From Prasinococcaceae sp. CCMP 1430 (lineage: Eukaryota; Plantae; Prasinodermophyta), in contig RQSC01000854.1 of NCBI GenBank assembly GCA_013416795.1, positions 27,597 to 91,294 of the forward strand: DNA of 63,698 nucleotides, given 5' to 3'. Made by a program: the position numbers and the translations under genes. How positions within the stretch are numbered: the first letter of the stretch is position 1; the number at the start of each line of letters is the position of its first letter. Shown in pieces: positions 13,136 through 21,740 of this stretch. The notes beneath the pieces were generated by a model. It searched no databases, was not told where the DNA came from, and was given only the letters and a program-made list of their open reading frames with translations.

Positions 13136-14422
13136 ATGGCGGCGTCCGCGCTGAATCTGCTGCCGGGCAAGTCGCTTGGGCCGTTCCGGCTGGGACAGCC
13201 CGTGGCAGACGCGCTCGCGGCCGTCGAGGACGCCGCGCACGGCAGCAGCGCAGGCGGCGAGGGGGGCGAGGGCGAGAGCGAGGACGCGGCGCTTGCCGCG
13301 CTGGCGTCTAGCCTACAGGTGCGCTACGACGCCGAGGCGCCGCTCGCGGCGGACCTCGTGCTGAGTTTTCCGGCGGGTGGCTTCCACTTGCGCTTCGACC
13401 CGCGCTCGCAGCGGCTGAGGCTCATCGAGGTCTACGACGTCGCGCGCTGCAAGCTCAGGTACTCGCGCCGGCCAGTCGGCGGGGCGCCCGCGCACGCGAC
13501 GTTCCAGCACTTGGCGGCGACGCTCGGGCCGACGTTCCCGGGCGCATTCGACGCGCGCCGGTGCGCGTACGTGCTGCGCTACCCGGGCCTGGCACTGCAC
13601 TTCCCCATACCGAAGCAGCACGCCGCGGCGGTTGCGGCCGAGGCCGCGAGGCCCGGCGCGGCACACCCGCTGGAGCTGCCCGACGGCACGACGCCGGTGT
13701 GTGCGCGGATGCTGCTGCACGCGGGCGGGGCGGAGGACGACCCGGCAGAGGCTGCGCCGCCCGCGCTGCCGCACGCCGTGCTGCCGCTGCACTACATGGA
13801 GACCGTGACGTGCGTGCTCGGAAAGGGGCTGCGCTTCGAGGCGAGCGGGCACGAGCTGGCGTTCGGCGCAGGCGCGCAGGACGTGTGGGCCGCGCTCGGC
13901 CCGCCTGATGCCGAGTGCAGCCGCGCGGACGATGCGATGGGCATCCACGCTGCGGCAGCAGGCCCCGAGGGGGACGCGGCGGGCTCCTCTGAGCAAGGCG
14001 GCGTGCGCGCTGAGGACCGCTTCTGGAACTACTTCTCGCGCGGCGTGGACCTCCTCCTAGACGGCGAGACGCACACCCTCAAGAAGGTCGTGGTGCACGC
14101 CAACTGGCCCGGCCACCCGGACTTCAACGCGTACGCCAAGTGCAACTTCGTGCTCGCCGAGGGGCCGTCAAGCGGCGCCAACGGCACGCAGTGCGGAGCC
14201 GATGGTGGCGATAAGGACCAGCAGCCGCGACGCGTGCTCGCCACCGTCGACAGCAACTGGCGCGAGGCAGCGGCGGCGTTGGGGCCCGCGGGGCCTCCGG
14301 CAGTCCACATGGGCGCGGATGGCAACCCCTTCGGACATACGTGGGTGTACGGGTGCAGGCACGCGGCTGTCGAGGTCATGAGCAACGGCGCCCTCGCGAG
14401 CGTGACGCTGTCCGCAGGGTAG
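13136..14422 (+). CDS. PHAF1/UPF0183 (C16orf70-like) family protein
   Basis: LLPGKSLGPFRLG, FHLRFDPRSQRLRLIEVYD, LGPTFPG, FWNYFSRGVDLLLDG, KKVVVHANWPGHPDFNAYAKCNF, NPFG..VYG, EVMSNGALASVTL match the family pattern. Confidence 0.9.
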   Translation: MAASALNLLPGKSLGPFRLGQPVADALAAVEDAAHGSSAGGEGGEGESEDAALAALASSLQVRYDAEAPLAADLVLSFPAGGFHLRFDPRSQRLRLIEVYDVARCKLRYSRRPVGGAPAHATFQHLAATLGPTFPGAFDARRCAYVLRYPGLALHFPIPKQHAAAVAAEAARPGAAHPLELPDGTTPVCARMLLHAGGAEDDPAEAAPPALPHAVLPLHYMETVTCVLGKGLRFEASGHELAFGAGAQDVWAALGPPDAECSRADDAMGIHAAAAGPEGDAAGSSEQGGVRAEDRFWNYFSRGVDLLLDGETHTLKKVVVHANWPGHPDFNAYAKCNFVLAEGPSSGANGTQCGADGGDKDQQPRRVLATVDSNWREAAAALGPAGPPAVHMGADGNPFGHTWVYGCRHAAVEVMSNGALASVTLSAG

Positions 14423-14945
14423 GCGTCGGCGCCGCGGCGGCAGCGGCGCGGCGGCGCGCACCTGTATTTGTGGTGTAGATATGTACAGGCACGAGGCCCC
14501 ATGACGCGCAGCTCGCGCCGTGCGGGGGCGGTGGCCGACCCCCACAGCGCCCTCCTGCCCCTTGCGTCATCTGCCGTAGGACCAATCGGCTGTCAGCGCC
14601 ACCGGCGGCGCGAACGAGCTCCTGCGCTCGCGCCAACGCCAGCTTGAGCGACACGAGCGCTGAGGTGATTCTACAGGCTGCCGACGCTGTCCTCGGCGTA
14701 GCGAAGGGCAGGCACACCAGCACGCGCAGACGCCCGCCCGCCGCGCAGCGGCCGTGGACCACACCGCGCACACCAACGCGCGCTCAGCGTCGTTGGCGGA
14801 GGGTGGCTGGGAGGACGGGGCAATCGATTCGCGGCCTGGAGCGACGGGGTCGCGTTTCGTGAAGGCTCTCGGTGGCCACGAGCACCGCCGCGCGGGCCTG
14901 TGCGCGTCCCCGAGGTGTGGGTGCGTGCCATCGTCGCGGGCAGCG

Positions 14946-16534
14946 ATGGCGCAGGCGTCCGCGTGGCCGCTGTTGACCGTAGAGCAGGCGGTCGGGCTGG
15001 CCCTGCACGCGGCGTCGCCGCCGCTACCAATGGAGCGCCGCGCGCCCGCCGCCGCGGCGCGCGCACGCGCGGAGCGCCCGCGCACGCGCGGCGCTCGCCG
15101 CCCCCTTGCACGCGCCCCGCGCTGTGCCTCCGTTCGCGGCGTCGATTAAGGACGGCTACGCGGTGCGCGCTGCGGATTGCGCTGCCCCAGGCGCGGATGG
15201 CGCCGTGACGCTCGCCGTCGCCGGGGCGTCGCGCGCGGGCGACAGCGACAGCGAATCGATCGGCCGCCTCCCCGCCCTCGCGGCGTCGTACATCACGACG
15301 GGAGCGCCGCTGCCGGACGGAGCGGATGCCGTCGTGCAGGTCGAGAACGTGACACTCGCTGATGATGGCCAGAGCGTGCGCGTGCCCGCTGGCATCGCTG
15401 CCGGGCAAGACGTGCGGCAGGAGGGTTCGGACGTAGCAGTGGGCTCAGAGGTCATCGCATCGGGCACGGTGCTCACGCCAGCGGACGTAGGCCTGGCGGC
15501 GATGTGCGGCGCGGCCGAGGTCGAGGTGTACGGCACGCCGCTCGTTGGTGTCGCCTCCACCGGCAATGAGCTCTTCGACTCGGCGGCCGGTGCGAAAGGC
15601 GGTGCGGATGGCGCGGCCGCGCCCGGCGCGTCGCAGATATACGATGCCAACCGACCGATGCTGCTCGCCGCGGTTGAGGCGGCTGTCGGCGATGCGCGCG
15701 ACTACGGCATCATCTGCGACACGCGCGATGCCGTCGAGCGCGTCGTGGACGCGGCGGCGGCGGATGGCGCTGACATGCTCATCCTCAGCGGCGGCGTATC
15801 CATGGGCGACCGCGACTACGTCAAAGGCGTGCTATCCGCTCGCGGTCAGGTGCTATGTGGCCGTGTCCTGATGAAACCGGGCAAACCGCTGACCGTCGCG
15901 ACGGTGCCCTCGGAGGCCTCGAGGAATGGCTCCATGCTCGTGCTGGGACTGCCAGGCAATCCGGTACGTGCACCTGCGCGCCGCGTTGAGCTGCACCTTG
16001 CCTGGCGGGCGCGCCACGCGCGTGCGGTCTTGCCGCCCGCGCCTGCCTCGCGCCTGCAGCTAGCTGCTGACGCCGCCGCGGGCGTCGCCGCCGGCACGTC
16101 ACTCGGGGCGCCCGGGGATGCAGGTGAGCGCCCTCGCCACGTTTGCGCTCGTCGGCGCGCCTGCTCTGCGCGCGCTTGCGGGCCACCCGGTGGGCACCCA
16201 GCGCATGCCGCGCGTACGCTGCGTGCTCGAGACCGCAATCAAGCTGGACCGCGAGCGGCCCGAGTACCACCGCGCGGTTCTCACGTGGCGCGCTCGCGAG
16301 AATCGCTACTCAGCAGCGAGCACCGGGCGACAGATCTCCTCGCGGCTGGGCTCTTTCCGGGGCGCCAACGCGCTCCTCGAGCTGCCGCGCGGCGCCGGCG
16401 AGCTCGCCGCGGGCACCGAAGTGTCGGCGCTACTGCTCGGTGATCTCGGCGCCGCGCCTGCCTCCGACGCCGCGATGCCTACGCTGCCCGCCAGGGCCCC
16501 GCTCGTCCCGTCCGGCGGTGGGGGCGCCTCCTAA
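14946..16534 (+). CDS. CNX1E: Molybdopterin molybdenumtransferase, E-domain only (MoeA/CNX1E). Intron 15964-16123; apparent frameshift near 15060-15091
   Basis: PPFAASIKDGYAV, YITTGAPLPDGADAVVQVE, STGNEL, IYDANRPML, SGGVSMGDRDYVK, MKPGKP. The intron splits GLPGNP|VSAL exactly; then LDRERPEYHR and STGRQISSRL. Confidence 0.93.
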
Positions 16535-16833
16535 TGAGACGAAAGCGATGGAACAGTACTACGTACATGATTGTGCAGCGCTTCGCTGGCCGCGCCACGC
16601 GCAGCCGCGGCGGCGCATGGGGGCGCGCAGTGGTGGCGGTGGGTGGTTGTGGGTAGAGCTGATGTGGCACTGGTCGCGCGCATCGAGCGCGGCAATGGCG
16701 CACGGGCGCGGACGAGGTGGGGAGGGAGTTGAGACGGCGCGCGAGCGCGCATGATCCTCGTCGTCGCACAAGTAGCGTTTGTCGCGTTTTAATTGTACAG
16801 GGCCGCGCGCGGAATGCGAATGCACGGCGAGGT

Positions 16834-17802
16834 TCACAAAGACAGGAGCGTGAACGACACACGCCTGTTGGGCGCAAGGAGGTTGTAGTTCTCCTGCGCT
16901 TGCGCGCTCCAGTTTTCGTGGACGGGACACGTGTTTCCAGCCGCGTAAGCCTCGATGCGCGCAAGCGCCTCGTCGACGGCGTCGAGGTGCAGCTGATTGA
17001 ACTCCTCAACGACTTCCGCCTCGTCCTCCTCCATAGCCTGCGCGTCGAGCTGGTCGAACGCCATCGGCGCCCCGTCCGCGCCGTCCGCGCCCAAGTCCCC
17101 GCCGCCGTCGTTCCCCAGTAGCATGGCGTCCGCGAACGCGTTGGCAGCGCCCGTCCCGTGGCTGCTGCCGTTCTCACGCCCTGCACTGCCGCGCGCCACC
17201 TCTTCGGAGGCGTTGCCCCCGCTCGCCGCGCCGCTGCCCCCACTGCTCGTGCCCCTGAGCGCCTCCTGCTCCTGCGCGTCGTTGTCGAACCCACCCGCGG
17301 TGCGCGCAACCAGGTACAGCTGCACGTTCCGCGCGCGCTGCATGCTCAGCGCCCTCGCGATTTCTTCCGGGCAGTCCGGCTGCACGTGGCCGGTGACACG
17401 CAGCCGCAGCGTCGGGTGCCTGCGCAGCAGCGCGGCGGCCGAGTCGAGCGCCGGCTGCGCGCACAGCGCGAGGTCGCCGCTGCCGAACTGGAAGTGCACG
17501 TCCCCGAAGCGGGGCGGATTCTCCGCCAGGTGGAGCCTCTCCAGCGTCCACTCGGCGTCCGCCTCAACCTGCAGCGGCAGATCGCCCGCGCAGTGCGCCG
17601 CGTGGATGGCCGCCCAGTCCCGGCTGGCCGCCACGTGCCTGACGACCGCAGAGCCGCTCAGCGCTACGCGCGAGGCACGGCACACGCACGCGAGCCGCGC
17701 GAGGTCCGCCGCGCTGAGGTGCGAGAACAGCGCTACCAAGCACGCCCCGTCCAGCACGTCGAATGGATATGCGGTCGACGTGCTCGCCCCGCCGGCGGAC
17801 AT
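16834..17802 (-). CDS. F-box plus OmpA/MotB C-terminal-like domain protein
   Basis: N-terminal PFDVLDGACLVALFSHLSAADLARLACVCR (F-box). Then VHFQFGSGDL...LDSAAALLRRHPTLRLRVTGH...LSMQRARNVQLYL...NRRVSF (OmpA_C-like). Confidence 0.8.
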   Translation of the reverse strand: MSAGGASTSTAYPFDVLDGACLVALFSHLSAADLARLACVCRASRVALSGSAVVRHVAASRDWAAIHAAHCAGDLPLQVEADAEWTLERLHLAENPPRFGDVHFQFGSGDLALCAQPALDSAAALLRRHPTLRLRVTGHVQPDCPEEIARALSMQRARNVQLYLVARTAGGFDNDAQEQEALRGTSSGGSGAASGGNASEEVARGSAGRENGSSHGTGAANAFADAMLLGNDGGGDLGADGADGAPMAFDQLDAQAMEEDEAEVVEEFNQLHLDAVDEALARIEAYAAGNTCPVHENWSAQAQENYNLLAPNRRVSFTLLSL

Positions 17803-18725
17803 GGCGCCGCCGCCCCCCGCCCCACTCACCGACCCCGTGCCCGACCCAATCACGCCCGCTCACGACAACACCCACTCCGCCCGCCCGCGCCTCGCTCGCC
17901 GCCCTTGCTTCGCCCCCGACCGCGCGCCGGCGCCGCCGCCTCGCGTGCGCCGGCCGCCGCAACCTGAGGGTGCACCATGGATCCACCCGCCGCCAGCGAG
18001 TAGGCGGTCGACCCCGCCGCGCCCGCACCGCCGCGCGCGCGCGCGCTGTGGCAATCCGCAGCGCCCTCCGCGCGGAGCGCGCCGCAAAAACAAAAAAAAA
18101 GCATTTTCCCGCGGAATTCGATCGAAATCCCCTGCGGATGCCTCGGCAGACGATGCAATTTTCGTCGGGCGGGCTGCCTCGCTGGATCCATCGTCCGATC
18201 CGATACCACACACAGACGACGCTTCATCAATCAATCAACGACATGCACCGCGTCCTTTTGGTGGTGGAAAAAAAAAAAAACGGGGAAACATTCGGGGGAA
18301 ACGCGACGAGTGGGACGTAGATGGATGACGGTGATGATGTGATTGTTGAAGCTTTTTTTGCGCATGCTCAGCCAGACCGACGAAACCAACCAGCGACCGT
18401 CCATCCGTCCGTCCATGCAGTGTCGATCCGATCCAGGGCGTTTGACCGAGGGAAAGATGGGTATGCGAGCGGCGCGCCCCCACGTCGTGGGGTTGTTCGC
18501 ACCCTGCGCTCGGATCGTTTCCGTGGGGCCCCGCCGGTCGGATCTGGCCTGGCTGGTACCCTCGCGGGTGGTGCGCTCGCGCGCCGTGGCTGCCCCCGTG
18601 CTGGGTGTCGATCCGCGACCCGTCGGGCGCGCCGCGGCTGGCCCGCTCGCGCGCGCGGCGCGGCGGGATCGCAACGCGCTTTACAACTGGATGCTCAAGG
18701 CGCACGGCGTGAGTCACGNGCGGCG

Positions 18726-19631
18726 ATGGCGCCCGAGCGGCCCGCCCAGGCGCCGCAGTGGGCGCGCGGCCTGCGCGAGCGGCCGGAGAAGGTGGTGCTG
18801 CCCGCGGGCATGACGCCGGCGGAGCACCTCGCCGCGCCCAAGCTCAGCCGCGAGCAGATCGTCGAGATGGAGAAGGAGCTCGACAACGGCCAGTCCATCT
18901 ACTGGCTCAGGCGCTTCAACGACGCCCTGGCCGCGCTGCCCGACGACGAGGAGAAGGTGCACGCCATCATGCGCCCGGTGTGGAACGAGCTCGCGTACAA
19001 CCTCGAGTCGTTCAACCCGCTGTTCACCGCGTGCCTCCTCAAGGTGCAGAACACTCTGGGCAGCTCCGACTACGAGGCGCGCGACGCCGCGCTCGCGCAC
19101 CTCATCCAGCCGCTCGCCGGCGAGTACGGCCTGCACCACTCCATCCCGATGGGCCGCACGCACCGCCAGCTCTTCGCCGAGTTCTACGAGAGCGTCACCG
19201 GCGAGCCGCTCGCCAAGCTCATGGCGGACGAGGAGCAGCCGCCGCGCGCGGCCAAGGAGCTCTACGAGTCCATGCTCACCGACGTCACCACCGGTGGCGG
19301 CCGCGAGGACCCCATCGAGCAGGCGTCGTACGCGCTCGGCTACAACCTCGCCGTGGAGTACCTCGCGCAGTACGAGAAGGGGTGGATGCTCGACAGCTTC
19401 CGCGAGCTCGATCGCCGCGTGCTCGCGCCCGCGGGCAAGTCCGTCGAGTGGCTGTTCCTGGAGGTGCACGCCGATGGCGAGCCGGAGCACGCCGACCTCG
19501 GCCACGCCGCCGTCGCCGCGTTCGCCCCCCAGGAGTTTGAGGACGCTGTGCGCCAGGGCATCCGCGACCATGACACCGACTTCAGCGCGTTCTACGAGAC
19601 GATCACGTATGCGCTCGAGTCGGCGGCCTAA
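18726..19631 (+). CDS. Heme-oxygenase-like diiron oxidase superfamily protein (CADD/UndA/PqqC-like fold)
   Basis: Helical protein with AGEYG...RTH, AVE and HADGEPEH (H-x3-E-x2-H) metal-ligand pattern; near-exclusive G/C third positions. The single N at 18719 makes the start uncertain. Confidence 0.75.
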   Translation: MAPERPAQAPQWARGLRERPEKVVLPAGMTPAEHLAAPKLSREQIVEMEKELDNGQSIYWLRRFNDALAALPDDEEKVHAIMRPVWNELAYNLESFNPLFTACLLKVQNTLGSSDYEARDAALAHLIQPLAGEYGLHHSIPMGRTHRQLFAEFYESVTGEPLAKLMADEEQPPRAAKELYESMLTDVTTGGGREDPIEQASYALGYNLAVEYLAQYEKGWMLDSFRELDRRVLAPAGKSVEWLFLEVHADGEPEHADLGHAAVAAFAPQEFEDAVRQGIRDHDTDFSAFYETITYALESAA

Positions 19632-19756
19632 GAGGATGGCGCGCTCACCGCCTCGGGTGCTGGGCTCCTCTTCCTAGTTCAAAATGCGTAAACCACAAAC
19701 ATGCACACTTTGCTACAGTACGTAGTAGTTGAGATGGTCCTCGCGCGCTGAGCTGC

Positions 19757-21073
19757 CTAGCTCGGCGCGTCAGCCGCGGGCCTCCGCAGCCTCTGTGCGA
19801 GCGTGTCATTGCCATCGACGGCGCCCGCGGTGCGCGGCCTCCGGGGGGGCGAGCGTGGGCGCAGCGTGCCGGCGGTGTCTGGCCTCGCCCCCCCAGCAGT
19901 GCTCGGCCTGGACTTCGCCGCGGTGCTCGGTCTCGAACCGGTTACGCTGCCTGGCTGGGCGGACAGAAGGACGTCTTCAGTCTTCTGTCTGAGCTCCTTC
20001 ACGGCAGCGTCCCCCACCGCTGCAAGCTCGCGCACCTCCTGACGGCGCGCAGTGCCCTCCCGCAGCACTTTATCGCGCTGTCTCCGAAGGTTGCTCGAGG
20101 CCTCGGCGACCACTGCATCGCCTGCCGTGCCCAGTTCGGCGAGCGGGTCCATGTGCAATTGCAGCGCTGCTCGAAGCTGCTCGGCGTCCCCCGCCCGTAT
20201 GACCGGGTCGACCTCATCGAAGTCGCCGTCCGTGCCGTCGCCATCGCTGTGACCCTGAACATGATCATGTCCCCCCCTTGCGTGCTGTTCGGCCTCGCCG
20301 GTGGCCGCCGGCTCCTCCTCCATTCCCGCCGTTGCACAGCTTGCTGGTGCGTGGAGAGTGGCCCCCCGCCCGTCGTCGTCGCCAACTTGCCCGGCGCTCT
20401 CGCGCTCTGCCTCATCCACGTCCCTCTTGTCCAGGACTTTCAATTTGGGCAACGCTGCGATGAGCTTTGCGCGGCTGTCAGGTGCTGCACCGAAGCCGTT
20501 GCCCGCACGAAGATCAGCGAAAGCCAGCGTGGGTGGCAACTCGGCGAGCGCGAGCGCGCGCATGGCGTTGTCCGTGACGTCGAGGAAGAGCAGATTCGGC
20601 AGGTCTGCAATTCCCTTGAGGTTCTCGAGGCGGTTGCCAGCCGCGCACACGAATCGTAGTGTCGGCAGGTCTGCCAGCGGGGCGAGAGTGGTGAGACGGT
20701 TGTGCTGCACGTACAGGTTGGTGAGCGCTTGCATTGGTCGCAGCAGCGTGCCGAGCGACGTGATGCGCTCGCGGTCGAGGTGTGCGTTGGTGACCCTTGC
20801 GAGTGCGTGTCGCATCGCATCGGCATCGGATGCCTCGTCATCGACGAAATCCTCGGGTAGGCACCGGTCGAGCAGCACCTCCTCGGAAAGCGGCCCACCC
20901 GGCAACGCGGCGGCCTCGGCCAGCACCAGCTCGAAGGCCTGCATCTCAGTGAGCGCCTCGTCCCCCCCCTCCTGCTCCTCCTCCACGCTGCTCGCGGCGA
21001 TTGGTGCGCGGCGGTCGCCTTCGATCGCGGTTCCCTCCCTTTGCGGGCTGACCGCCTCCGCGTTGGGCGCCAT
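19757..21073 (-). CDS. Leucine-rich repeat protein, LRRC46-like
   Basis: HLDRERITSL..LTNLYVQHNRL..LRFVCAAGNRL..LLFLDVTDN followed by LRRcap LPKLKVLD. Confidence 0.8.
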   Translation of the reverse strand: MAPNAEAVSPQREGTAIEGDRRAPIAASSVEEEQEGGDEALTEMQAFELVLAEAAALPGGPLSEEVLLDRCLPEDFVDDEASDADAMRHALARVTNAHLDRERITSLGTLLRPMQALTNLYVQHNRLTTLAPLADLPTLRFVCAAGNRLENLKGIADLPNLLFLDVTDNAMRALALAELPPTLAFADLRAGNGFGAAPDSRAKLIAALPKLKVLDKRDVDEAERESAGQVGDDDGRGATLHAPASCATAGMEEEPAATGEAEQHARGGHDHVQGHSDGDGTDGDFDEVDPVIRAGDAEQLRAALQLHMDPLAELGTAGDAVVAEASSNLRRQRDKVLREGTARRQEVRELAAVGDAAVKELRQKTEDVLLSAQPGSVTGSRPSTAAKSRPSTAGGARPDTAGTLRPRSPPRRPRTAGAVDGNDTLAQRLRRPAADAPS

Positions 21074-21445
21074 GGCTGCAGCCCGCAGTCCACTGGGGGC
21101 TTACCAGCCGGGCAAAGAGTGGCGGGGGGGCGGGGGCGGGCTCGCGGCGCAGGCTTGGGCTTGGGCCTGAGCTCGGCGCCCGGTGCTCGGGCGCGGCGCT
21201 CCCACCAGCAAAAGCCGCGTCATCCTCCACCCCCGCCATCAACGGCGCGACGTCGAGACCACCCGCCGCCCCGCAGCTGTCCGCGCGGCGGCGCGCACCG
21301 GGGGAACGAACGCCGCGCGGCGCGCCCGTCGAACCAAAAAGATCGATCGAAGCCAACGAAAAAAAAGGGGAAGAAAAAAGAAAAAATCGACGTCAAAAGC
21401 AAAAGGCACGCGCGAAGGCTGCGGGCGCGCGCCCGCGTCCGCGCG

Positions 21446-21481
21446 CAAACCAAACCAAACCAAACCAAACCAAACCAAACC
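21446..21481. repeat. (CCAAA)n microsatellite in a divergent intergenic region
   Basis: About 7 perfect copies visible. Confidence 0.95.
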
Positions 21482-21740
21482 GTAACCTGACTTAGGGTCA
21501 TTCCTGTGGCCCACACCATTTGCGCCGACTCCGCATCCACTCGGCGCGCATCGACACTTCGTTTCTACGTGACCTCGCCGAGTCATCGGAAGGTTGCCAA
21601 ACCCTCTTTTTTCCATGGATATTTGCGAGGGACTGCGACCATCAAACGTCTCTCTGCGGGGCCCGTGGGGGGCGCGCGGATTCTCCTGGACCCGGGACGC
21701 GCGGATCCGCACCGGTTCTCTCGTTCTGCGTTTTTTAGAG

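Noticed and set aside
14423-14945. Possible small gene between the PHAF1-like gene and CNX1E
   Set aside because: No recognisable motif or consistent splice structure.
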